Shown here piece by piece: positions 33,536 through 44,851 of a stretch of DNA of 64,000 bases (position 1 is its first letter; each line of letters begins with the position of its first letter). Source of the DNA: Caecitellus pseudoparvulus (Eukaryota; Protista; Bigyra: Bicosoecida); NCBI GenBank assembly GCA_965644315.1, contig CBFFRQ010000056.1, positions 186,001-250,000 on the forward strand, in the 5' to 3' direction. A program made the translations under genes and the position numbers. The notes beneath the pieces were generated by a model. It did no database searches. It worked only from the letters and a program-made list of their open reading frames with translations, and had not been told where the DNA came from.

Positions 33536-35344
33536 ATGGCTGCCACGGGAGCCGGCGCTGCACCGCCGCCGACAGGGCTTCTCAAGCCACACCACAAGTT
33601 TGGAGACACAGCAGTTCCCTGCAAAATCAAGGTGGACCTGGAGACGGGCTGGTGGGACAAGGATGCCTTCACACAGTCCCACCCAGTCCTGCAGCTGCGC
33701 CTGCCTGTGAAAGCCGTGGGGCCCGCAAAGGCTGCGCTTGGCAGCGCCTTGCTGAAGCACAAGTTCGTCCCCAACGTCCTCGCCGACGAGGCTGGACCCG
33801 AGGCGCCCACCCGAGGCGGCTACGTGCCAGCACCCCCCTCCGCTGCCCAAGCTGAGCCAGCACCTGCGTCAGGAAAGGGCGCAAGCCCCTTCCGCTGGCT
33901 CCTGCTGGACCCAGCACTGGGCACTGCCACGGACTTGTCGAGCCTGCCCGACGCGACACGCAAGGAATTGGAGGCACTGGGCCTGGCAGGCGTGCGGGCT
34001 GGCAGCTTCACCACCACTTGGCGCCACATGCGGCACTCGGAAGCCGTCAACGCCATTCTGCCCAGCGGCATGGAGGCACTGCACTCCTTCGAACGCATCG
34101 GGCACGTGGCACACATGAACATGCACAGGGAGCACCTGCCCTACAAGCAGCTCATTGCACAGCTGGTGATGGATTACTACCCCGGCACAGTGCGCACGCT
34201 GGTGAACAAGACCGGCACCATTGACACTGTCTTCCGCACCTTTGGCATGGAGGTGCTGCGTGGCGAGCCAAGCCTGCGCGTTACTATCAAGGAGAACGGC
34301 ATCAACTTCACCTTTGACTTCGACAAGGTGTACTGGAACAGCCGCCTGCAACCGGAACACGCGCGCATGATCAACTGGATCGGCGGGTGGGACGCGCCCG
34401 GCGTGTCAGCAGCCAAGACCGCCTACGCAAAAGCTCACCGCCGCACAATGGTGGATGGCATTCGCGCCCAACATCGTGCAGCTGTTCAGGCAGCGGGTGG
34501 CGTCGCCACACCCCAGCTGAAGGCCGCGCTGAAGGCTGCCCTTGAAGATGCCCCGCGCGGCAAGATTTCCATTCCACACTCTGCCTTGCTGCCTGTGGCG
34601 GACGAAGCGTTGGCACCCCTCACTGGCCCTGCTGCAGTTGTCGCTGACATGTTCTGCGGCATTGGCCCCTTTGCCCTTCCCCTCGCCCAGCGGGGCACCC
34701 TCGTGCACGCCAACGATTTGAACCCCGAGTCAGTGGCAAGCCTGCGCATCGCGGCAGAAGCTAACAAAGTCGACCCGGCCCTCTGCCGACCCTACAACAT
34801 GGACGGCAGGGCGTTCATTCGCTCCTTGTTGGCAGATGGTGTGCGCTTTGATCACGTGCTCATGAACCTGCCAGCAGACGCGCTGGCCTTCTGTGACGCC
34901 TTCGTGGGGTCGTTTCCTGCCGCCAACTGGCGCGCCGCCTCCCCCGCGGAGTTGTGCCGCGTCAACCGCCTGGGAGGCCTGTACTCTGCAGCCCTTCCTG
35001 ACGTCACACCTGCTCAGATCGAGGCTGCTGCCACGCAGCCGTCCCCTCCCCCTGCAACTGCGACCACAACGGCGCCCGCAGGGGACAAGTGGCCCCTGCC
35101 TCGCGTGCACTGCTACTGCTTCAGCAAACGAGACTCGGAGGCAGAGGCAGCAGCTGACGTCATGCAGCGCTTGGCAGCCATCATGGGGCGGCCGCTCGGG
35201 GAGGATGAAGGCCTGCGTATTCGCTCTGTACGCGATGTTGCCCCGAGCAAGCTCATGATGCTGGTGAGCTTCACCCTGCCGGCTGACGCAGCCCTAGCAC
35301 CCACTGAAACAAGCCACTCCGCCAAACGTGCCCGCGTTGAGTAG
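33536..35344 (+). CDS. TRM5: tRNA (guanine-N1) methyltransferase Trm5 (m1G37)
   Basis: FERIGHVAHMN, VNKTGTID..FRTF, FDKVYWNSRL..EH, DMFCGIGPFA, ANDLNPES, VLMNLP and VHCYCFSK. Start taken at MAATGAG. Confidence 0.93.
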   Translation: MAATGAGAAPPPTGLLKPHHKFGDTAVPCKIKVDLETGWWDKDAFTQSHPVLQLRLPVKAVGPAKAALGSALLKHKFVPNVLADEAGPEAPTRGGYVPAPPSAAQAEPAPASGKGASPFRWLLLDPALGTATDLSSLPDATRKELEALGLAGVRAGSFTTTWRHMRHSEAVNAILPSGMEALHSFERIGHVAHMNMHREHLPYKQLIAQLVMDYYPGTVRTLVNKTGTIDTVFRTFGMEVLRGEPSLRVTIKENGINFTFDFDKVYWNSRLQPEHARMINWIGGWDAPGVSAAKTAYAKAHRRTMVDGIRAQHRAAVQAAGGVATPQLKAALKAALEDAPRGKISIPHSALLPVADEALAPLTGPAAVVADMFCGIGPFALPLAQRGTLVHANDLNPESVASLRIAAEANKVDPALCRPYNMDGRAFIRSLLADGVRFDHVLMNLPADALAFCDAFVGSFPAANWRAASPAELCRVNRLGGLYSAALPDVTPAQIEAAATQPSPPPATATTTAPAGDKWPLPRVHCYCFSKRDSEAEAAADVMQRLAAIMGRPLGEDEGLRIRSVRDVAPSKLMMLVSFTLPADAALAPTETSHSAKRARVE

Positions 35345-38300
35345 TGGAAATGCACTCTCCACTGCAACAAGGCCACGCACACCCGCATGACAACCACAGA
35401 GCGCAATTCATTGCGTCAGTCGATTCCCGAATGCGGCCATTGTTCAGTGGCGTCTCGACGACCTCGTGCCTGCCGGTGACAGCGGGCTGCCAGCAGCCAG
35501 TTTCGGCTGCTTGAAGGAAAATAAGGTCACAGCATACCGCTGCGCGAGGCATAAGGAAACGCTACCCGACACAATCTGCAAGCAATGCATAGCTCCGGGT
35601 ACATCATGCAACGCGACTTGGTTGCAATTGGTTCTTGGGTGGAAGAAGAAGAGTGTTGCACCAAACGCAACGTACGATCATGCGGATGATCAAAGCGCAT
35701 GTAATTTCTAAGCGAGACCCACTGCAAACCAAGGCGCTTGAAGGTTACTACTGGCATGCATGCAGCCGATACACCAGCACATTCTGCTCGATTGCCATGC
35801 AGTTCTACTCAAATGATTCCGGCTATCGTGCATGGTGGTTGCTTGGGCTCTGCATGCTCGACGGCCATCCAATCGCCTGCTTGGCAGAGTTGCTTGTTTG
35901 GTCAAGACCTCCTACCAGGTCTTCAACAAGCAAGGGACCACCGCATTGCACTCGAGAAGCAAGAATAAAATCTGATTACAATATATACATCGTATGTGAG
36001 CCCTCTACAAAAATGGTCTGCTGCGGATGAACGCGATCCATGGAATGAGTTCACTTTGCTCGAGGAGTGATCTCCCCAAGAGAGCACATGTAGAGCTCTC
36101 TGGCGAAGAAGAAATGGCTCCTCCCGCTGTTAAAGAATCACCTCTCCAGTGTCAAGTCAAGTCTTGGTTTCACCCACAGGCCTGTGTGTTGTATGCAGAG
36201 CTTGGATTCTGCGGAGAGTCTATCTGAACTGCTGAACGCACTTCTGCCGCGCTACCTTCAAAGGCGAAGTTGAAATTCCTGTCAAACTGACATGAGCCTG
36301 TCAAACCAAAGACGCTCACAGTGAGCTGCATCCGGAACGACCGTTGGAAGCCGATGCCAGACATTACACAGGTGATTGCCGCTCTCCAATTCATGTGGAC
36401 AATCGTATTGGGCTGCTACGAGGAGTCTGCACCCAAAAGAAGGCGTCTGCGCCCTCGTTTATCGCAGCATCTGTGTATTCAGAGGGCTTCCGCAAGAGAG
36501 TGTGCAAGAACCTCTGAAGCTCGTTTGTTCTAAACGTTTCGGAGCGTTGAGGGCTTTCAGCTGACAGAACACCACATTCGTCCAAGGGCTTGAGTCAAGG
36601 AAGCATTTATCATTCAAACAAAAGCTTGCAATGAACGTGCTTGCGTGTAGTACTTCTTCTTGCTTGTACAAGACTTTGTTTGTAGCAGGCTGGAATTCTT
36701 TCTCTCACCAAAGACAAGGGTTCAATGTCATCGTTGCTACTAGCTCGGTTGGATCATGGCTTTAGTGACTCCGTTGTCTTTCTCCCACTCTCCGCATCAA
36801 TGCGAAAGTTACTTCGACCAGATCGAAGTCCTGTGAACTCTAAGGGTCGGAAACACAAACGCGGCACTTCTAATGTTCCCAACGTGTCGCATCCATGCAA
36901 GACAGTGCAATCAATGATTCTCCTCGACCGTGACATGAACACAGATTGCTTGGCGTCAGATGCACTTGGTTACTATTTTAGTGAATTGTCGGGTCCTTGT
37001 AGAAACACTATTGGAGGTCCACTGTTGCAAGGTTTAAAAACGCTGCAGGTTCTAGATCCCACCCGATAGCATTCTCAAGTGTAAAGCGCGCCGCATGCTT
37101 TTAGCCACATGGTCGCTTGACACGACATGATTATGCTTTGAGGCCGTCGTGGAGAGCTTCTCTGGACTTGATCCAATACAATCCTGCGTACGGCAATCTA
37201 CTACCCATACAATCCTGCGAGTTGCGTTGAGTCTTTTCAAGTTTGCTTCTTGATGAAACTGACCCATTTTTGACTTTCAATGCCTTTCATCTCAAGTATG
37301 TCTCAGGTGTTGATTTGCGATGCTGGGCATCGGCGATTTGACCAAAGCAAGAGAACTAAAACCGAAATAGTTGACCATTTAACAGTGAAATGTTCCATAT
37401 CACAAAGAACGCGTGCGTTTTTCTGATACAGCTTCTGAGTTTCGATAATTTGTCAGGGTTTTCTTGCGGTCAGTACAGAAGGATGGATTGGGACGAAGGG
37501 GAGCGGGTATTGTCACGTTAAGATATCACCTCTCAGATGATCTGAAAAATGCACTTTGTTTTTGAGGGTGGTTTCACTTTTCGAGAGATCGCGTCGGTGG
37601 CGTGCTTGGAAAGTTGTTGCAGGCACATTCCTCTTGCTTTTCGTGCTGATCTTCAGAACGATTCGGGAAGAGGCGGCGTCTTTTTTGGTTGATTTCTGGA
37701 AGAAGAAGTGCTCCACCTCTGTTGTGTTCTGTATGTCGGACGCAAGGCTAACGTTTTCTTTGCTTTGCTTGGGAAGAGATGTGATTGCATCCGTCCAAGG
37801 ATGAGAGCAAGTTTCTTTTCGGCACAGACTGTGGGAACTCTTGCTGTGGGGGCTGCAACGAGAACTTGCTTCTTGGGTCTGTCTACTGCTGTGGATGTTT
37901 GCTGTTCGGCCTAGAAGTGAGAGGGGCTACTCTTTGGCTTTGAGCAGGTGACCTGGCTGCTTGTGGACTTCGAGAAGTCACGCGGAAGGCAACTATTGCT
38001 TTGGGTGTGTGCGCATCTTGTGTGGGGGAACAAGGTTCTGGGTGCCGATTCGGTGGATTGGGGGACGGGGTGTTGGTGAGGCAGGCGGAACGCGATGGAG
38101 GACTCACGGACTGCTAGAACTCGAGGGACGCCATTCAGTGAGCATGCAGCCCAGTTTAGCCCATGTAAAGCCGGCTAGCTGGGGTATTTCGCAGCCATTT
38201 GCTGAAAGCAGCATGGCGTTTGCGGTTGATCGCGCTTGTTTGTCGGACGGTGTGGGCCAATGCTCCAGTGTTCAAGTCTGCTGGTAATTTCAAGATACAA

Positions 38301-38429
38301 CCATTCTTCCTTCATCACTGTGGCACATTGGCTCCATGGCAACAGCTGTACACGCTCACACCGTGCAGCATTCGCGCGCTTGGCTCTTTGTCAAGACCAG
38401 AACGGATTCAATTACCGCAGGGTTTGACC
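35345..38429. other. ~3.1-kb low-GC, gene-free interval
   Basis: Lines here run ~40-50% GC (37261-37320: 24/60) versus ~65-70% in nearby coding DNA. Only short ORFs (<=131 aa) with no recognisable motifs. By far the largest intergenic gap in the window. Confidence 0.7.
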
Positions 38430-38860
38430 ATGGCTGCCACTATTGACCTGTCAGGCTTTGCCTCTTCGAGCCAGGAGGAGAAGATCGAAATGGTGTTCAA
38501 GTTCTTCGATGTAGACGAAGATGGCTGGCTGGTGAGGCGCTTCTAGAGCTCGTTCAGTGGCTTGTGTCCCCGCACTGAGCACAAACTGGCTGGGCACAGA
38601 GCAAGGAGGAGTTCAAGGCCATGGTCCATGCGACAAACCCGAAGGAGGCTGAGAGTATCACTGACAGTGTAGTGGGAGGGATGCTGTTCCAGTTGTCCAA
38701 GCAGGCCATCTTCAGGGGGCACGTGCTGTCTGACAAGGGAATGGACCTGGATGGTCTCATTATCAGCTACACGAAGTTGCCAGGCAACGACGTGGACAAG
38801 GATGCCATTACATTGGGGTGGGTCACAGCTGCAGAGTTGAAAGCTGTTGCTTCTTCTTGA
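38430..38860 (+). CDS. Small EF-hand calcium-binding protein
   Basis: EEKIEMVFKFFDVDEDGWL|SKEEF is a canonical EF-hand loop, completed across intron 38532..38599 (68 nt). Confidence 0.75.
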
Positions 38861-38900
38861 GGCTCCCATGTGTCTCTCTGCTTGTTCCAATGTATCGATT

Positions 38901-41900
38901 TCAGCGCTGTCCGCTCACTGCCGAGGATCGGCGTTGTCGCAGGGTGATCCGCTGAGCGACATGCTCTCGCAACGCAGCAGCCCATGCAGCTTGCTCTGCC
39001 TCACTGTCACATAGCAGTGTGATGCTTTTGGGTTCAGCGGCTATCTTTAGGGCTGGTCTCTGCCCGCGGTGCACCACTTCGACGCCATTCACGCGGAGCA
39101 CATTATGCAGGCTCAGCTTGCTGCCGGTGAGGGCCAGGTCCACGGCAGGCCACGTCCATGCTGTTCCATCTCTCGTGACAGCCTCCTTGGCTCCAGCATA
39201 TGCCTCCTTATGTGCAGCTAGCCCAGGGCCAGTCGTGTTTTGCGCAGCATACACCAGGCAGTGCGTGAGCAGTACAACGAGGTATTCTCGCGTGGAGCGC
39301 CCCGTCACCTTCGCTAGCCAGCCGCTGTGCTCTACTCTTTGAGAGGGGCCCACAAGAGATGGGGAAGGCTTCGGTTTCAATGATTCCTGCAGGGAAACAA
39401 CCCCTGCCCGCGCTTCGGCGCTTGAAATGCTCTCGTTGATGCTTGCTGCAGCTGTCTCTATCTTCACCAACGCTGCTTGGAGTGGCTGGAAATCAGCGTG
39501 TTCCACAGGTGTGGCCGCAAGCAGCTCTTTCACCAACAAGGCGTAACGAGGAATGCGTTGGACGGGCATAATGAGGAAGCTGGACAGGCTACGGGCTCCA
39601 ACTCCTTTTCGGCTGGGTACTGTACCTGCAAGCCACGACGTCCACGAGGCGAAGCTGCTGTCCAGCACAAGCTCGTTGATGAGGGAGTTTGATGCGCTGT
39701 GTCCGGCAACGTAGGCAGAGTACATCTTGAAGTAGGCAGAGAACTGAGACAAGACGTCGCCCAGGAGTACGTGTCCTGCAGCTGAGGCTGGGAGCGGCAG
39801 TTCATGATCCGTTCCTTGCGTCGCCGCTAGCAGCTGCTCGAGAAATGTAACATTCAGAGGCAGGAGCGTGTGGACATCCCGAAAAATGGTCTGGTGATGC
39901 TCCAGGCACAGCCTTTGCTGTCCACCAGCGCCAGCTGGGGTCCACGAGAAGCGTCGGGGCTTGGCCGCTGGTGCAGCGGCGGTCTGGCGCGGACTTGGGT
40001 CGGGCCACCACAGTCGAAAAGGAGGTGGGCCGTAGAGGTACTCTGGAACATCCATTGGTTCGCAGGCAAACCCCCTGGGAGCACAAGGAAGCGCAAACTC
40101 GCGAACTAGGGTGTGTAGGTCGTTGATGTACCGCACTTCGCTTGCAATGAGTTCGTGGATCACTTGGACCCGCTGAGCTGCAAGCTCAGCAGGAACCTCA
40201 AGCGAATGTGTTGCACGTGGTGAAGGTGTGCAATGACGTGTACTCGGCTTGGGTGCCAGGGTAGGCTCATTAACACTTTCTTGCTCCAAAGGAGCAGGCA
40301 CCTCTTGCACGCCCTCCCGCTGCTGATCAAACCAAGAAGCTACGCTTGGCCGTACAGTGTGTGGTGGAACAGGCTCCTCTTGGACAGCAATGCCATGCAG
40401 GGACGCGTTTTTTGACGATGGAAGCGAGACACCTGCAGCTTGTTTACTCCACGAAAATGTCGAGGAAGGTGTGCTTGCTGTCTCCGACAAATTCAGCTGC
40501 TCGGTTTGAAGAGCTCCGCCATCCTCAGGAACATGGTCGTGAAGGACCACGCCATGATGATCTGAGTCACATGGCGCCTCAATGATGGAAATCTCAAGAA
40601 GTGGAGATGCAGGCGCTGTGGTTTGTCCGCCTGACACGGGCGACGTGCGGGACGTACCGCCTGCTGCACCAGGTGCCGCGGTGTGTCCGCCTGACACGGG
40701 CGACGTGCGGGACGTACCGCCTGCTGCACCAGGTGCCGCGGTGTGTCCGCCTGACACGGGCGACGTGCGGGACGTACCGCCTGCTGCACCAGGCGCCGCG
40801 GTGTGTCCGCCTGACACGGGCGACGTGGGGGACGTACCGCCTGCTGCACCAGGCGCCGCGGTGTGTCCGCCTGACACGGGCGACGTGCGGGACGTACCGC
40901 CTGCTGCACCAGGTGCCGCGGTGTGTCCGCCTGACACGGGCGACGTGCGGGACGTACCGCCTGCTGCACCAGGTGCCGCGGTGTGTCCGCCTGACACGGG
41001 CGACGTGCGGGACGTACCGCCTGCTGCACCAGGTACCGCGGTGTGTCCACCTGACACGGGCGCTGCAAGCCAGCTCAGCACGCCAAAGGCATGATGTTTT
41101 TCTGGCGGGGAGGGCCGCGGACTCCTGAGCAAATCCTGTACCCTAGCCACGGCTGCCGCGTCAGGATCCTGATGTGTGGCAGTGGTGCTGTGATGTGGCG
41201 TATTCGCCGAGGACATGGCAGCTTGCAGCGCTTCCTCCATCGCAGCGTCAGCATCGGCAAAGTCTGCATCGGCACCGGTATGCAGCAGAACTGCTTCCTC
41301 CGGAAGGCTCGGGTGTTGCGAGAGATGCGAATCAGCAAGATCTGAAGGCGGCAAGGTTTGACTGGAGCCACGCTCAGCAATTGCTGGCTGGGACTCTGAG
41401 GCATGTGGTAAGGTGCGAGTGTGTCCTTTGTGAGGCCACGCTGAGCCCGAAGGAGGTGTGGCAGGCCTTGGCGGGCTTTGCGGATCAACTCGTTGAGCAG
41501 AAGCCAGCTCAGCGGCTTCTTCCACGACGGAGACACCATCGGAGGTTGTTACTCCTTCCGGTTCTGCAGGGGAGGTGTGCCTCTCACCAGGAAAAGGGGT
41601 ATGTGTTCCAGCCACGCCTCCTTGCTTCAGCCCCCGTTCTGATAAGGGTCGGTCACGGGCCTGGAGCTGCGAGGCACGGGTTTGGTTTGAGAAGAGAGAA
41701 GGGTGCTTGGGTGTGTCTGCAGCTGGGGTGCGCTCAGGAACTGGTGCTGTCAGAAGCTGGTCAAGCGGAGCTGAAATGTAGTGCTGGTACAGGTTGCCAA
41801 AGAATCCCAGCGTGGAGCTGGGATTCTTGGACCCAGGGTGGGGTGGGCGAGATGGCCGTTCTCTGTCGATGCAGGCCTCAGGGGAGGTGCTCCTTGCGCG

Positions 41901-42491
41901 CTCCGCGATGGCCCTTCGCAAGATACGCTGTGAGGCGCCAGAGCCAGACAAGAGCTCAGTGCTCGTTGGCACGGGGCCCATGGCGTACCCGCGCCTATGC
42001 GAGCTGTGGCGTGAGTCTGGGTGCCACTGCGTGGTGCTGGAATGCAACAAAGACACCCTGGCCTGCGGCATGGCATCGGGGGATGCCAGCACCTTGCCAC
42101 CTTGCTGCTGAGTGCGCTGCCGGGGTGGGGTGAGCATGCCGCGTGCATCGCGGCGACCCTTTGATTCTGAGCGTGCGCCTGCTGTGGAGCGCCGCCGCGC
42201 AGGAGAGTCGGCAGCCTGCAGATGAAAGGCCTTTGCAACGAGAACAGGGTGGCGGAAGGCTGGTGCTTTCGGCTCTCCAATATGGCGTGAGGCAGACTCC
42301 GCCTCGACGGGGGGCATGTGAGCAGCAGCGCGCAGTTGGTCCACAGCAGCCTGCACCGCCTGTGAATGCCGCTCATAGTACGCATCATAGGCTCCTGACA
42401 ATGAATCATACGTCGACATAGCATTGCCTAGCGCGGCCTGGCGCTGGGCTGTGGCCTCCTGCCGCAGAGACTCAGCCTGCCACGACCACAT
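38901..42491 (-). CDS. Dbl-family RhoGEF (DH-PH) with long disordered N-terminus
   Basis: VIHELIASEVRYINDL, IFRDV, FKMYSAYV and FLIMPVQRIPRYALLVKELL, followed by PH-like SGWLAK...EQAAWAAAL. Confidence 0.9.
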   Translation of the reverse strand: MWSWQAESLRQEATAQRQAALGNAMSTYDSLSGAYDAYYERHSQAVQAAVDQLRAAAHMPPVEAESASRHIGEPKAPAFRHPVLVAKAFHLQAADSPARRRSTAGARSESKGRRDARGMLTPPRQRTQQQGGKVLASPDAMPQARVSLLHSSTTQWHPDSRHSSHRRGYAMGPVPTSTELLSGSGASQRILRRAIAERARSTSPEACIDRERPSRPPHPGSKNPSSTLGFFGNLYQHYISAPLDQLLTAPVPERTPAADTPKHPSLFSNQTRASQLQARDRPLSERGLKQGGVAGTHTPFPGERHTSPAEPEGVTTSDGVSVVEEAAELASAQRVDPQSPPRPATPPSGSAWPHKGHTRTLPHASESQPAIAERGSSQTLPPSDLADSHLSQHPSLPEEAVLLHTGADADFADADAAMEEALQAAMSSANTPHHSTTATHQDPDAAAVARVQDLLRSPRPSPPEKHHAFGVLSWLAAPVSGGHTAVPGAAGGTSRTSPVSGGHTAAPGAAGGTSRTSPVSGGHTAAPGAAGGTSRTSPVSGGHTAAPGAAGGTSPTSPVSGGHTAAPGAAGGTSRTSPVSGGHTAAPGAAGGTSRTSPVSGGHTAAPGAAGGTSRTSPVSGGQTTAPASPLLEISIIEAPCDSDHHGVVLHDHVPEDGGALQTEQLNLSETASTPSSTFSWSKQAAGVSLPSSKNASLHGIAVQEEPVPPHTVRPSVASWFDQQREGVQEVPAPLEQESVNEPTLAPKPSTRHCTPSPRATHSLEVPAELAAQRVQVIHELIASEVRYINDLHTLVREFALPCAPRGFACEPMDVPEYLYGPPPFRLWWPDPSPRQTAAAPAAKPRRFSWTPAGAGGQQRLCLEHHQTIFRDVHTLLPLNVTFLEQLLAATQGTDHELPLPASAAGHVLLGDVLSQFSAYFKMYSAYVAGHSASNSLINELVLDSSFASWTSWLAGTVPSRKGVGARSLSSFLIMPVQRIPRYALLVKELLAATPVEHADFQPLQAALVKIETAAASINESISSAEARAGVVSLQESLKPKPSPSLVGPSQRVEHSGWLAKVTGRSTREYLVVLLTHCLVYAAQNTTGPGLAAHKEAYAGAKEAVTRDGTAWTWPAVDLALTGSKLSLHNVLRVNGVEVVHRGQRPALKIAAEPKSITLLCDSEAEQAAWAAALREHVAQRITLRQRRSSAVSGQR
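40621..41062 (-). repeat. Coding tandem repeat, ~7.4 x 60 nt (20-aa PVSGGHTAAPGAAGGTSRTS unit)
   Basis: Seven consecutive 60-nt lines (40621-41040) are near-identical, plus a partial copy. Confidence 0.97.
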
Positions 42492-42639
42492 GCCGAAATG
42501 TGGCGAGATGCTCGTGTAGCCGAGGTGGCGTGAGTGCCGTGCGCCGCGGCAGCAAGCATTGGCGCAGAGAGTGCACAGCGCCGCTGGGGGCGACAAGCTT
42601 TGTGTGTGAATTGCAAGGCCCCTTGCAGTGCCCCCCCCT

Positions 42640-44851
42640 TTATTTGCCGGCGTTCAAGTCTGCCCAGTATCCGAAGAACCCCAGAAGGTTCTTGAGCTGC
42701 AGCAGAGCCTCCCGCGCTTTCAGCCCCAGGGCGCGCTGGTCGGGACCCACTGATACCCAGGCAAACTCCAGTGCTGGTTGTGAGCCCGTTTGCCATGCCG
42801 GCTGCAGGGGATCTGTGAGGGCCAGTGAGCCTGTGACCGCTGAGACTGTGTCGCGCACGAACACCCCGTCCAGGAACGGCATGCAACGTCGCATGGCTGG
42901 CTGCGGTAGGGGGTCCAATGCACTGTAGTGGCCGCGGAAGGGTACGCCATGGACCTGTGGCGGTTCCGAGCGCGCTGCAAGCACTCCTCGGGCAGCAGCA
43001 TCCAGCAGAGCTTGCACCGTTGTGCCTGGGGGCACGGCCTCAGGGTGCAGGTGCAAGGCCATGGTGGCCATGACACGCGTGAAACCGCGCCGAAAAAGGG
43101 CTGGCGGCGCCTCGTGTTCAAAGTATCGCAAGAGGCCCTCTACAGCAAGGTGCTGCGGACTGTCTCTCCGTTCAATGCCGCTCCCTGGGGTCGCGCTTGA
43201 GCTGCTTTGGTCCTGCTCAGTCTGGGCGCGCTCCCAGTCCTTAAAGGTCTCCCCTCGTGGGCGTGTGCGCCAACGTTGCTCGTGCAGGAAGGGTGCCGCG
43301 AACACCAGGCCTCGCGCCACCCACCGCGACAAGGCAGCGACTACGTCGGGAGCACAGTGTGGGTAAGCCGGCGCCAACATGGCTCGCGGCATGTGCCCCA
43401 CGCCACCCTTCAGATGGGCATGGAAGAGGTACCACTGCAGGTCGATATTGTGGGTGAGTGCAGCCGCCAGTGCTCCCACCAGCATCTCGCCGCTGGTCAT
43501 GTACTCGATGCAGCCAGCCCGGACGAACTTTGGCGGCAAGGCGCGGTCCACTTCAAAGCTGAAGTTGTCCACGACTGCGTGCTTGATGGAAGGGGGTGTA
43601 AAGTAGTGGTCTGCGTTGAGCGAGTCAGCAATGTATACCTTGTACCCAGGGATGTAGAGGGGGGCGGCAGCAGCGGCCGCTGCATGCCCAGCCTGCGGGA
43701 GGCCACATAGTCTGCCAGAGGCCAGCTGCTCTGGCTCTGCAAGCTGGAGACCCACACCCCCACCTGCATCTCCGATGCGAGAGTACGTCACGACGACTGG
43801 TTCCTCGTGTGACTCGGCGAGGGGCCTGCGCTGATCCTGCACGCCCGGCACTTGCCGCACGTCAGCGGTAGGCATGGCCACGGCCTCCACGAAGATGGTG
43901 AACCAGTGCACTCCCGAGCCCACAATGAAAGCATGGTGGCTACCAGATGGGCGTGTGGGCGGCTCGCCTTCCTGCCCCGCCGCTGCCCATGCGTTGGCCG
44001 ACGCAGCACAGGCTGCTCCTGCTGCCGCCAGCTTGTCCACAGCTGCTTGAAGGGGGGCCACTTGCTTGACAGGGTTGTAGTTCATGCAGCAACTGGAAGG
44101 TCCAAACTCCATGAGAATAGTTGTGTGGTCGCCTAGCCCGCCCCAGTGCTCCCAGTGCCGCCGGTCAGCTGCAGACAGCGGCGTGGCGAAGGGGGGGGAA
44201 GTTGTTGCCACTCCCTGCGCCTGCTCCAGCAATGTCGGCGGCAAGCAGCTGAGTTGCATGAAGTACTTCATGTGGAAGCGCTCAATGACGCCACCACGCA
44301 GCATCCCGAAGCTCCAGAAAAAGTCACCCGGCTCCTGTGGTAGAAGCGCATGTTTGGCGTGGTGCGCCACAGCAACGCCAGCGCCAGTCTGCCGCGTCGC
44401 GCACCTTTGCACAGCACTCCCTTCCCAGCGTGCGCTCAACGAAGGTTATGAAGCTGTAGGCACTCATGGGATCGTTCAGATCCCGCTGCACGCCTTCGTC
44501 AATGAGGCCTGGCCCAGATGCCAAGACGCTGGTGTGCCGGTGTGTTGCTGCGTCGTGCAGGGTGGCAGCGTTCAGCAGCGCGTGGTACCCACACCGTCCT
44601 CCCCACTTCTGCCGCATCACCCTTAGGTGCTGAACCTCTGCACACGCATCTCTGCCCCCCATAAGCCACTTCCTGATGACCGGTTGCCGCCGTGGCACGT
44701 TCAGCGCCACATCGAGCAGCTGCTCAGCCAACTCGGCGGCAAAAGCCAACACGTCTTCGGCTGGTTCTGAAGCACCCCCTGCCCCACTACCGGCAGCTGG
44801 CGGCGGAGGTTCCTGTTCAAGACTTCCACTCTCCCTTCGATGGTCGGCCAT
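42640..44851 (-). CDS. Uncharacterised protein with a Josephin/papain-like Cys-His-Asp motif pattern
   Basis: RQKWGGRCGYHALLNA ... AFIVGSGVHWFTIFV ... YIADSLN. Intron 44404..44335 (70 nt, phase 0) joins the two ORFs. Confidence 0.55.

Noticed and set aside
37513-38107. Minus-strand frame with scattered stops, suggesting recoding or a pseudogene
   Set aside because: Read-through translation gave no recognisable protein. Conserved genes in the window terminate at standard stops.
35437-38140. Possible terminal inverted repeats (TGGCGTC..TCGA) around the low-GC block
   Set aside because: The match is short and gapped, with no target-site duplication seen.
40621-41062. Regular 60-nt array resembling a CRISPR
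   Set aside because: Units are contiguous and near-identical with no unique spacers, are in frame within a RhoGEF, and there are no cas genes.
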